Source: Candidatus Woesearchaeota archaeon (GTDB taxonomy: Archaea; Nanobdellota; Nanobdellia; Pacearchaeales; GW2011-AR1). Taken from it: 36,715 bases of DNA. The translations under genes were made by a program, and so were the position numbers. Shown in pieces: positions 1-8,671 of this stretch. Position 1 is the stretch's first letter; every line of letters begins with the position of its first letter. The stretch spans positions 1-36,715 of the forward strand of contig CAYHLN010000003.1 in NCBI GenBank assembly GCA_964357505.1, in the 5' to 3' direction. The notes under the pieces were generated by a model. The model searched no databases. It saw only the letters and a list, made by a program, of their open reading frames with translations, and was not told the DNA's origin.

Positions 1-2
1 CT

Positions 3-350
3 ATTCCTCCTGGAAAAAAGAGCTATACTGTGCTAGTGCCCGACTGTATAAAGAAAAGCTCTCTTTCAATAAAAGCAGCATTCCTTATAGGAATTTTAAT
101 TACAGAGGGCGGAAACCGAAGGCGCGGATATGGTCTTTCTACTGCAAGCCCGTTCCTCTGGAAAGATCTGGAAGAGCTGCTGAGTGATATTGGAGTAGGG
201 ATTAAAAAAGACAGATGGTTTAACAAAAAATATGAAAAAGAATATTATGGTCTGGTTTTCAAGAAATCGGAATTAAAAACCATTGTTAACATGTGCAGTA
301 ACGAAGAAGTCAAATCAATGATGCTGAACTGTAAAAACTTCACGTATTAA
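3..350 (+). CDS. LAGLIDADG-type homing-endonuclease-like protein, C-terminal part (5' end cut by the window edge)
   Basis: The frame is open from nt 3, with no stop upstream of the GTG at 30. It contains AFLIGILITEGG, a LAGLIDADG-like motif. By eye it matches the C-terminal half of the 390-aa ORF at 35461-36633 (IP..[YC]I, second LAGLIDADG motif, then a Lys-rich tail). It ends 33 nt before tRNA-Leu. Confidence 0.5.
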   Translation: MPPGKKSYTVLVPDCIKKSSLSIKAAFLIGILITEGGNRRRGYGLSTASPFLWKDLEELLSDIGVGIKKDRWFNKKYEKEYYGLVFKKSELKTIVNMCSNEEVKSMMLNCKNFTY

Positions 351-352
351 GG

Positions 353-360
353 TTTTTATA
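353..360 (+). promoter_or_regulatory. TATA-box-like element for tRNA-Leu
   Basis: TTTTTATA ends 24 nt upstream of tRNA position 1. The other tRNA genes in this window show the same spacing. Confidence 0.4.
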
Positions 361-383
361 GGCATAAAATGGTAAGATAATAT

Positions 384-467
384 GCGGGAATGCCGGAGCG
401 GTCAAACGGGCTGCGCTTAGGACGCAGTAGCTTAGTGCTTACAGAGGTTCGAATCCTCTTTCCCGCA
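384..467 (+). tRNA. tRNA-Leu (anticodon UAG), class II with long variable arm
   Basis: Hand-folded cloverleaf. Acceptor GCGGGAA/TTCCCGC; anticodon arm CTGCG-CTTAGGA-CGCAG; long variable arm TAGCTTAGTGCTTAC; T-arm AGAGG-TTCGAAT-CCTCT; discriminator A. No encoded CCA. Confidence 0.9.
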
Positions 468-471
468 CTTT

Positions 472-3400
472 TTATTGTTCATCAAAATCTCTAATATTTT
501 TTCCATTCAATTCTTGCAAAAATCGTAATGTATTCAAGTCATTCGGCGAGAGCTCACGATGCGCGCCACCAATATAGGTGCTAACATCCACAACGCCAGC
601 ATTAACAGAACCTAACACAACCGCGTTCCCTCCGGCAGATGAATCCGGATAGAACAAATTATAATCGCTATGAAGAAGAACCTGTGCAGCAGCTCCTTTC
701 TCACGTGCGTCTGCCCCCTCTCGGATAAAGAAGCGTGCGTGAATACCATTATAAAGAACATCATGATAAAGATATACTCGCGTCTGCGGATTTTGATAGC
801 TAATAAGAACAAAAAGAGTTGGCGTTACAGGAGCAACCATCGAAGGCGCTTCCGAACCCTGTGAAGACAGTATCGTGACTCCATCAAGAGTCGCGCCGTT
901 AAGTCTCAGGTAAAGATCTGGAATCAAATCCCTTGCGCTTGGTAATAGACGAATGGCATCGCCATTAACAGTGCCCAGTTCCTTATCTCTACCAAAACTT
1001 CCAGGAGCTACACCGAAGCCAAAAGAGAAAGGCACAGACAAAAAGACTCGATTATTATTCACATACACGCTAGTCCTCGTCTCGCCCTGGTAAACAAAAA
1101 TCTCTTGTGCAGGATCATACTCCCGCGCAAGCCGAAGTTCTGTGCCCAAGTCAACCGTAGCTTGCTCCCCATCAACAACCTGCTCATCACCATCAAAGAA
1201 GATCCCTTCGTCCGAAGTGCTGCTCGCTCCAGGCGCAACAGCTTGACTCTGCTGCACCGTGTTTACCAACAAATGCTCTACCAAATCAGCATACACCTGT
1301 GCCTTCAACAACACGAGGCGCGCACGCTGGTGATTCAAAAAGATCTTATCGAACTCAACATCAATCTGATTAACAAGAGCCTGTGCGTCCTGTAGCGTCA
1401 TACTCTCTCTCAAGCGCTCTCGTGCGTCGATCAGCTCATCAATCTTAGTCTTAGCAACATCATCACGATAAATAACGCCCTGGTCTGCAAGCGTATTCTT
1501 TTGGATTTCCTGCAGCTCCAAAAGAGTCGCATTCCGCGCTCCAATATTATTGTTGGTCAGAGCATTATCAACACTCTTCTTATCAAGCCAGCATCGCACT
1601 CCCGTATCACTACAGTACCCAACATCGATAAAGCGCGCTGGATCGCTCTCGCTACCCGGATTCCTCGTCGCACAAATTCGAACAATCCCACGATCGTACG
1701 TCTCGCCATAGAGCGTCTCTTCAACGCCGGCCTGTAGATTTGGCTGGATAAGCGCACCAACATTACCGCCACCAGAAACGCACGTTTGCTCAGAAGTAAT
1801 ACCCGTTCTCGTGAGCTCTTCTTGAGCAAAGCTATCTCGTAATTGGTTAACAGCAAAGCTTGTTGATACTTCTGTGAATCCACATTCTTCGCGATTGTTA
1901 ATGCGTACGCACAGCTGCTGATAGCCTTGAGGCGCAGTAAAGTCTTTCGTTTCAGTAGCAAACTGTCCTTTAGGTACGAAGCCCGTGGCAACCGTGATAA
2001 ACTGTGTTGTCTGATAGTACGATGTCTGTGGTGGATCTTTCAAGTAAATAGTATACGATACGCCTTGATCATTTCCTGCGAAGATGTGATAAAACGTCTT
2101 GTATTGCGACGTCGCAGGTACGGTGGCGCTAGTATAAGGAGTAGAACTAAACCAAGCGTGGAACTGAGCAGGGCTATCTGGTTCAACAAGTGCTTCAAAA
2201 GTCTTTGGACCCTTAGCAGAAATGAATGCCTTACAGAACGTACTGCCTGCCTCTTCAACCGAGCGAATCTTAAATGCTTCTAGTGAGTTAACCGCGTACG
2301 TCTGCGTGAAATAGTTTACCGAATCTTGAGCATGTTGCCAGGCTGCTTGTGTCGTCAAATATTCTCCTCCGCCACGCGGCGCTGTTTGTCCACTCGCAAC
2401 CTCAACAAGCTTAGGCAAGAGTACATTAGCAAGTGGTGCTGCTTGCCTCCAGAAGAACTCACAAGCATACACTGCAGTAATCTCATCACAAATACCAACA
2501 TACTTGCCGCTTTCAAGATTTTCCTCGAGACACAACTGGTGCGATTTCAAAATGGATACATAGCCATCAATGCCTGCCTTGATTCCGGTTAAACAAACCG
2601 GCACGTAAATACCCTCTCTAAAGTTAGGCAAGCACAGTAATGCACTGCCCACAATACCGGTCTGAATGACATCAGCAACAGGATAAGCGCCACCAAAATC
2701 ACATCGACTTGACGGACAAATGACCGGATCACAAACATTAAACAACAATCTGCACTCTTCAGGACTCATATAGTTCTGACACTGTGTTGCTGGAATATTT
2801 GCCGCTGGATCTCCAACAGGCAACGTCTCTGTCCCCGATAGCCCTCTAACTTGAATCACGCGCTTGCCATTCGCGTACTGCCGAGCAGCTTCCTGTACTG
2901 CCTCAACTCCTCTGTTGATAACTGCCTGTGCCTGTGTCTCCGTTAGTCCAGGGAATAAATCTAAGGGCTGTCCGGTATTCAAATTAACCTGCTGGCAAAC
3001 ATCATCTCCTAAGCTCTCAAAGAACTGTTCTTGCCCATTCTCTCCTACATTACAAATCCACACACTGGTAGGCCTGCCACTCGAATCAAAAGCACCAATA
3101 CCCCCAAATGCAGGAAGTATCTGTTTCGTGGCTGCATACCATCCTCGTTGTGTATCGAAAGGCACAATCGCCGGCTGCACTGGCTCAGTTTCATAATAGC
3201 GTACTCGTGGATTGAGATACTTATTGTTATAACTGACTTGGTCAAGCGAGCGTACTGCACCAAGGCCATACGTATCTAAGAATAGATCCTGATCGCTCAC
3301 CGCATAGTACATGCTATCTGAAGCATTGAAGAACAATACCTTCTCAGGTAAATAATTATCGCGCTCTTTGCGCAACCCAATCACGTACGTGCCGCCAGCA

Positions 3401-6198
3401 AATGCAGTTAGTGACCCGCCTTCCAACGTACGCACGCTCCCTTTAATAGGCACTCGCGCAACATGAGTGCTCGTAACAGCAAACTGAGACTTCAGTCCAC
3501 TATCACGAAGCTCCTCAGTAGTGCCAACAGAAACATATTTGATCGGGCCATCGTTCGCAGAGAGCGGCTCTCCGTAGAGCCCAGGCAGCCCACTTGATTC
3601 ATCTTTCCTCGAAGCCTCCAAGCTCCTACCGAGATCCGTACTCTCAGTTATGCTTCGTGCAATGCGCTTGAGCGACTCATTAGCAGCAACCTTCAATCCA
3701 GGAGAAGCATCAGCAGAATGAACAATATCTAAATTAAGCTTCATATCGCGAGCTTGGTCGTAGGTAAACTCTCCGCGATCGTATCCTCCAGACGCGTTTA
3801 CCAAATCGCTAACCCTTTGACCATTAATACTCGTCTCACCATAAGAGCCCAGTAGCTCTTGTCGCGCAAAGTCGTTTGCAGATTTGTTTCGATCAACAAT
3901 AGTCTCTCCAAAGACGCTCCCAACGCCCTCAACAGACTCGGAGTACTGAGATTCAATATCCCGTATACGTGTATTCTCAGCCTCAAGCAAGCGTTGCGTT
4001 GTGGCAACATCCCGATTAATATCATTACTCTTTTGATAATAGCATTCACCCACGTTCGCATACTCTCGCGCGCTCACAAGCCGCGCGCATTCAACATTCC
4101 AGCGTTCTCGCATAACTTTCTGTCGTGCGATCCCTTCTCCACTTAAGCCGCTCAAGAAGTTCTTTACCGTTAAGACGCCAGCAGTGGCAAAACATGCCGT
4201 CTTTAGCCCTTTGACTGCATTTCCAAGATTATTGGAAATACTTTCCCATTGTTTGATAGTCTTGTTAAGCTCCTCAAGCCGCTCCTTCGTCTTATCAGGT
4301 GTCAGCTCAAGCGCTCGCTTTTCCACACCAACAACAACGCTCACATTAGTCTCTGTCTCCAGGTTCTTCACGCTCGGCAAGATTCTGACTCGAGCCTGCT
4401 CACCAACAAAGATCTCATCCAAGATCAAGACACGTCCGCCACAAACCTCCTGACTGCCTCCCTGGTTTTGTACACGAGCATCACTACCAAGAGAGAATCG
4501 AGTAATACTTCCATTAGCACAAGCAACTCTACCTTGAACAGAATCAACAGTTAAAGACTCAAGAGTAATCGTTCCGAACTCCGTTGGGGTAGAGTTCCGG
4601 AGGGCTACTGGAATGCGATCAGAGGTTCCCTGCCAAACAAAGAAAGCAGATGGCTTCTGAGCAGGCTCGTTTACTTCAATTAAGCTAATAACTCGTGTTT
4701 CCCCATTGACAAACAGAGCCGCGCTTGCACGACTGGAATCAACAGAATAAAGTGAAGTCAGAGCAGATTCATAGCTCGCTCGATCAGGCGCGTCCGGATA
4801 CTCTTCAAGTAACTGTTGTGCAATAGTACTTGCCGTTCGCTCTTTTCCTAATCGTAGAGCCATACCAAATGATTCAGTCAAAGCAATCTCTCCATAAGAG
4901 CTACTTAAAGCACTATCGCGCTCCGCTGCATAGGAATCAGCTACGTCCTGATAAAAGTCAATACTTTTTTTGAATTCTCTCTCGATCTGATCTTCATACT
5001 GTCGATCAACAAGCCTCTCAGAAGAGAGCAAACGGATTTCCTCTCCACTAACGTTAAGCTGTTCCGCAGTTATCTGCCGATCGAGCGTCTTATTAATAGA
5101 ATAACGAACGCTCGTTGAGCCGCGCGCAGCTGGATAAGAATCTATAACTGTCCAGTTTACCGAGGCATCTGCAACCAATTGCACAACATCTCCACGCTCG
5201 AAGAGCCGTTGACTTAACGTAAGAGTGTACGACTTACCAGCGCAGGTAAGGCGCATGACATCTTGTTGTGCTTCCTTGCCAACTGCAGCAACAGTGCACT
5301 GATTCTCTAAGATCTTCATACCTTTGGTAACCTCAAAGACTTCATCATCAATTTGCACAACGGCAGAAGTCTCGGCAGGAATAAATCCATCATAAGCCAC
5401 TTTCAAGCCTGCCTGACAGTAAAGCCCGGGGAGGTAAAAGTCTCTCGATGTCTCACCACGATTCACGCGTATACTACTAACTTTACGCTCTCCCTGGTAG
5501 AAGCTGACAGTGGCAGTGTTTGCATCCGCATCTTCAAGTCTAACAAAGAACTTCCCTTGCCAGAAGCTCTGCTTATTACGAGTAGCCGCCCATTCATCAT
5601 CAGACTGTTCCTCTAGAAGAAATTCAGCTCGTCCAACGCCAAATGCATTATCGGCATTATAGTGAATACGTGCCTGTAACGTTACATTAACCTCATCGGG
5701 CAACTGCCGCTCATCTGACTGTTTCTTCATGACAACAACCAAATACCCAATGTTATTGATAATAGGATCCCCAAGCAACCGATCATGCGTTCGTAGAGCT
5801 GCGCGTGCAGGATGGAATCCACTTCCAACAATTTCCTCAGGATACGATCCACTAAAGGAAATGCTGTCAATAGATTTAATGTCAATTAAAGGATTAAACG
5901 TGAGCGCATCAAGCTGACAAAAGACCGGCACGTTCTGCTCTGCCAATAAATCACTTCGAACCACGGCCGGCTGGCAACCGCCAGGAGAAACCTGGATTAA
6001 AATGTCTTGACGATTAACACACTGCTCGGGATCCGTGAGAATAGGCCAGTATTGTTGGAGTTGGCCGCCAGAATAATAATTCTGTAGATCAGGTCGCACT
6101 ACCGAGCTATAACTCGAAGGAGCTCCACTAAAGGACGTATAAGCAAAGACGCTCCCCATCAGAAAGATAAAAACAACAAGACTTAAAGTAAGCTTCAT
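472..6198 (-). CDS. giant secreted protein, 1908 aa, no recognisable family
   Basis: Uninterrupted 5.7-kb ORF. The N-terminus MKLTLSLVVFIFLMGSVFA looks like a signal peptide, and I saw no other long hydrophobic segment. There is a Cys-dense core (CQNYMSPEECRLLFNVCDPVICPSSRCDF...) and a coiled-coil-like stretch (TPDKTKERLEELNKTIKQWESISNNL). Its ATG overlaps the stop of the upstream gene (ATGA at 6195-6198). Confidence 0.85.
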   Translation of the reverse strand: MKLTLSLVVFIFLMGSVFAYTSFSGAPSSYSSVVRPDLQNYYSGGQLQQYWPILTDPEQCVNRQDILIQVSPGGCQPAVVRSDLLAEQNVPVFCQLDALTFNPLIDIKSIDSISFSGSYPEEIVGSGFHPARAALRTHDRLLGDPIINNIGYLVVVMKKQSDERQLPDEVNVTLQARIHYNADNAFGVGRAEFLLEEQSDDEWAATRNKQSFWQGKFFVRLEDADANTATVSFYQGERKVSSIRVNRGETSRDFYLPGLYCQAGLKVAYDGFIPAETSAVVQIDDEVFEVTKGMKILENQCTVAAVGKEAQQDVMRLTCAGKSYTLTLSQRLFERGDVVQLVADASVNWTVIDSYPAARGSTSVRYSINKTLDRQITAEQLNVSGEEIRLLSSERLVDRQYEDQIEREFKKSIDFYQDVADSYAAERDSALSSSYGEIALTESFGMALRLGKERTASTIAQQLLEEYPDAPDRASYESALTSLYSVDSSRASAALFVNGETRVISLIEVNEPAQKPSAFFVWQGTSDRIPVALRNSTPTEFGTITLESLTVDSVQGRVACANGSITRFSLGSDARVQNQGGSQEVCGGRVLILDEIFVGEQARVRILPSVKNLETETNVSVVVGVEKRALELTPDKTKERLEELNKTIKQWESISNNLGNAVKGLKTACFATAGVLTVKNFLSGLSGEGIARQKVMRERWNVECARLVSAREYANVGECYYQKSNDINRDVATTQRLLEAENTRIRDIESQYSESVEGVGSVFGETIVDRNKSANDFARQELLGSYGETSINGQRVSDLVNASGGYDRGEFTYDQARDMKLNLDIVHSADASPGLKVAANESLKRIARSITESTDLGRSLEASRKDESSGLPGLYGEPLSANDGPIKYVSVGTTEELRDSGLKSQFAVTSTHVARVPIKGSVRTLEGGSLTAFAGGTYVIGLRKERDNYLPEKVLFFNASDSMYYAVSDQDLFLDTYGLGAVRSLDQVSYNNKYLNPRVRYYETEPVQPAIVPFDTQRGWYAATKQILPAFGGIGAFDSSGRPTSVWICNVGENGQEQFFESLGDDVCQQVNLNTGQPLDLFPGLTETQAQAVINRGVEAVQEAARQYANGKRVIQVRGLSGTETLPVGDPAANIPATQCQNYMSPEECRLLFNVCDPVICPSSRCDFGGAYPVADVIQTGIVGSALLCLPNFREGIYVPVCLTGIKAGIDGYVSILKSHQLCLEENLESGKYVGICDEITAVYACEFFWRQAAPLANVLLPKLVEVASGQTAPRGGGEYLTTQAAWQHAQDSVNYFTQTYAVNSLEAFKIRSVEEAGSTFCKAFISAKGPKTFEALVEPDSPAQFHAWFSSTPYTSATVPATSQYKTFYHIFAGNDQGVSYTIYLKDPPQTSYYQTTQFITVATGFVPKGQFATETKDFTAPQGYQQLCVRINNREECGFTEVSTSFAVNQLRDSFAQEELTRTGITSEQTCVSGGGNVGALIQPNLQAGVEETLYGETYDRGIVRICATRNPGSESDPARFIDVGYCSDTGVRCWLDKKSVDNALTNNNIGARNATLLELQEIQKNTLADQGVIYRDDVAKTKIDELIDARERLRESMTLQDAQALVNQIDVEFDKIFLNHQRARLVLLKAQVYADLVEHLLVNTVQQSQAVAPGASSTSDEGIFFDGDEQVVDGEQATVDLGTELRLAREYDPAQEIFVYQGETRTSVYVNNNRVFLSVPFSFGFGVAPGSFGRDKELGTVNGDAIRLLPSARDLIPDLYLRLNGATLDGVTILSSQGSEAPSMVAPVTPTLFVLISYQNPQTRVYLYHDVLYNGIHARFFIREGADAREKGAAAQVLLHSDYNLFYPDSSAGGNAVVLGSVNAGVVDVSTYIGGAHRELSPNDLNTLRFLQELNGKNIRDFDEQ

Positions 6199-8042
6199 GA
6201 AAAGACCTCCAAGCGCGCCTGCTGTACAGCTTCAAAGGCGTACTGTGCCTCTTCAAGACTTGATGGCGAAGGAACTCGTGGAATGTCAACGATAAGTCTG
6301 CCGCTTACTAAGTCAGATTCAAGTAAGTACGTTTCAACCGTTCCTCCTCCAATTAGCGCGTAATCAATCCTTGTTTCAGGAAGGGTAATATCAAAGCATT
6401 GCTCTCGTGTGCCGCCAAAGAGCCCCGCTATACCTGGCTTAGGCACAACCTGACACTCAGTCTTACTCGAAGCAGGAATAACAATGCTTGAATTACCATA
6501 TACATAGGCGGTCACGTTATAGAGACCCTCACTTAACATGACTGTGCTTGATTCTGGATAAGCAACGCTGGTGCTCCGATCAGCAGAAACAAATTGTACA
6601 ACCGCGCTTTCTCTCAGAGTGGCACCATCGCTGCGTAGCTCAAGCTGCACTTCATGCATCCGATCAAGGATAAGTTCTGCACTTGTTTCACTGTTTGAAG
6701 AGAACAGCACACTTCGCTCAGCATACCCCTCTGCTTGTGCATGCAAGATACCATTAACGCAAGCCGGTAAGGCAGTCTCAAGAACCGCATCTTCGCCTAC
6801 AATCTGCGTCGATCCAGCCTCACAAAGTGAATCAAAGCATTGGTAGCTAATGGTTGCTCCTACGGGATTGAGCTCGCGATCAAATGTCTTGATGGTCGCA
6901 GGTGCTGTCCTGAAAGCGCATACATCAGGTTGATCTGCAGGAGCCAATCCGATGCTACTTCCGGCACGCGGAAGATTGTTATCCACAACAGCAACAACCG
7001 GGAATTGAAAGAGCGTCACCCCATCATACAACTGGAACAACACGGGCACTCTAACATCGTAGACAAAATGGTACGGCACGTAACAGAAGCCCATCGCGCC
7101 CAGCGCAGGATCATTACCTACAGGATTCGCCCTCATGAGCTCATCATCGGCTGGCACAACTTCAATTGCGCTCGGCCATGCAGGATTATAAAGCAGTTGC
7201 ACAGGAACAGGCGTTTGTTGATCAACAACAAAGTAAGAATTATCATCTGTCGAAGTATAATAGGATCCTTTGAATTTAATCGCTCCGAAATTTGCCGACA
7301 ATCCTTCACGTATGTCGCTAACCACTTGTTGAGTTCGCCAAATCTTTGGCGCACAAGTCAAGAAAACACCATCAACCGGCGCGTAGCTCCGAAGGACATC
7401 AACAGCGTAACCCTCTAAGAAAGCGTCAGTTTTCTGCTTGGCATAGAGTGCCTGTGCAACCGTGTAAAATTTCCCAAAGTCGCTATCAACTTGAACGTTC
7501 TGACGCGCGAGAGAAGCACTACTTCCTTCACGCGCTGCACTAAATGTCTGCTCAACACTGACACGAACACTAGAGTCAAGAATAGTTACCGATGCCTCAG
7601 GTGCAGTCCGCTCAATCGTATATCCTTGCTCATAAAAATCGGAAAAATCACAGCCCTCAAGCTCGGCCTCAACAAAATCCTCGATCTCTCGCTCAATCTC
7701 TGATTGAGTAGGAACATTTTCCTTGAACAATCCATTCGCGCTCAGAGAATACCAATACTGGATAGGGCTGCCCAAAAAGTTAAGATGTGATGAGAAAGGC
7801 GCATAATCGCTTCCAGGAGCATAGACTCCGCTCTCAATCCTTCCTCCCTGAAGCCCCGCAAGTTCTAGAGCTCCTCTGGTGGCCAGCTCAATACATAATG
7901 CCTGTCGATCAAAGATCGGTTGAAATTCTCCGGCATCCGAACCTAAGGTAAGCCTTCCAGTGATTGCAAAAAAAGCAACAACCGCACCAACAAGCACAAT
8001 GGCTATGATCACAAAAACGGCAACCTGTCCTCGTTTACTCAT
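6195..8042 (-). CDS. 615-aa protein with an archaeal class III (type IV pilin-like) signal peptide
   Basis: The N-terminus MSKRGQ-VAVFVIIAIVLVGAVVAFF has a short basic n-region, then [KR]G, then a hydrophobic helix. This is the pattern cleaved by archaeal prepilin peptidases. I did not recognise the rest. It is translationally coupled to both neighbouring genes. Confidence 0.75.
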   Translation of the reverse strand: MSKRGQVAVFVIIAIVLVGAVVAFFAITGRLTLGSDAGEFQPIFDRQALCIELATRGALELAGLQGGRIESGVYAPGSDYAPFSSHLNFLGSPIQYWYSLSANGLFKENVPTQSEIEREIEDFVEAELEGCDFSDFYEQGYTIERTAPEASVTILDSSVRVSVEQTFSAAREGSSASLARQNVQVDSDFGKFYTVAQALYAKQKTDAFLEGYAVDVLRSYAPVDGVFLTCAPKIWRTQQVVSDIREGLSANFGAIKFKGSYYTSTDDNSYFVVDQQTPVPVQLLYNPAWPSAIEVVPADDELMRANPVGNDPALGAMGFCYVPYHFVYDVRVPVLFQLYDGVTLFQFPVVAVVDNNLPRAGSSIGLAPADQPDVCAFRTAPATIKTFDRELNPVGATISYQCFDSLCEAGSTQIVGEDAVLETALPACVNGILHAQAEGYAERSVLFSSNSETSAELILDRMHEVQLELRSDGATLRESAVVQFVSADRSTSVAYPESSTVMLSEGLYNVTAYVYGNSSIVIPASSKTECQVVPKPGIAGLFGGTREQCFDITLPETRIDYALIGGGTVETYLLESDLVSGRLIVDIPRVPSPSSLEEAQYAFEAVQQARLEVFS

Positions 8043-8169
8043 GTTTCAACCCCCGCTTCACTTTATCTTTAACAAGGTCGATAAGTTCACTATTAATATC
8101 TCTGTGTATAACGCCCTTAAATCGCTCCCAAAGTTTCTCATCCTCTATCAAAAGTAGATACTTCTTCAT
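8035..8169 (-). CDS. 44-aa ribbon-helix-helix-like small protein (below the ORF-track cutoff)
   Basis: Hand translation gives MKKYLLLIEDEKLWERFKGVIHRDINSELIDLVKDKVKRGLKHE. It has a beta-strand-like YLLLIED followed by two short helices, as in CopG/RHH proteins. Its stop overlaps the ATG of the 615-aa gene by 8 nt. A TATA box and a palindrome lie just upstream. Confidence 0.45.
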   Translation of the reverse strand: MKKYLLLIEDEKLWERFKGVIHRDINSELIDLVKDKVKRGLKHE

Positions 8170-8200
8170 CAATCACCTTCCAGTTTTTAGCAAAGTCGAA

Positions 8201-8208
8201 TATATAAA
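8201..8208 (-). promoter_or_regulatory. TATA box (TTTATATA on the minus strand) for the RHH/pilin-like/giant-protein operon
   Basis: The reverse complement of 8201-8208 is TTTATATA, 32-39 nt upstream of the ATG at 8169. Confidence 0.45.
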
Positions 8209-8213
8209 GATTG

Positions 8214-8250
8214 CTTACTAACTTCATAAGTTAGTAAGTTACTTAGTAAG
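8214..8250. promoter_or_regulatory. palindromic operator-like array of TTACTAA/TTAGTAA half-sites
   Basis: A perfect inverted repeat CTTACTAACTT-cat-AAGTTAGTAAG spans 8214-8238. It is followed directly by the near-palindrome TTACTTAGTAAG (8239-8250). Confidence 0.5.
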
Positions 8251-8304
8251 AGAAAGTATAACCTAAGGTTTATTTACTAAGATAAGACAAGAATAGTCAG
8301 GAAC

Positions 8305-8670
8305 TTATTTACATAGTAAATTAATACATTCACATCTTTTAGCAGACCTAGAAACAAAATCCTCACAAAGATTGCTCATCTCTGCGTTCCTCTTATCAAG
8401 TTCGGTATCAACTTTCGCATTTCTATTTGTGCAAGCAGGATAACATCCGCTAGGGCTATGTATATCCTTAAGCATGCAATCATCATTATTATCACATGAA
8501 TAGACTATTGAAGCAAAATATTCCGCCCAAGATTCGAGTGAACCTTCCTTTTCAGATGACCTTTCACTAAAAAAATAAATTCCAAAACCGACAAGCAAAA
8601 GAGCAATAATAAACGCCTGCCTTTTCAAAGGCGAGAAATTACTCCAAAAAGAAGTTATATATGAAAACAT
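8305..8670 (-). CDS. small membrane-anchored Cys-rich protein, 121 aa
   Basis: One hydrophobic helix (AFIIALLLVGFGIYFF) is followed by a domain with 8 Cys. Its start lies 1 nt after the stop of the 693-aa gene, so the two are probably co-transcribed. Confidence 0.6.
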   Translation of the reverse strand: MFSYITSFWSNFSPLKRQAFIIALLLVGFGIYFFSERSSEKEGSLESWAEYFASIVYSCDNNDDCMLKDIHSPSGCYPACTNRNAKVDTELDKRNAEMSNLCEDFVSRSAKRCECINLLCK

Positions 8671-8671
8671 T

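Noticed and set aside
612-7703. Some two dozen 60-190-aa ORFs on both strands inside the 1908-aa and 615-aa genes.
   Set aside because: All are nested in or antisense to long uninterrupted ORFs. Their compositions are typical of out-of-frame translation, and none has promoter spacing.
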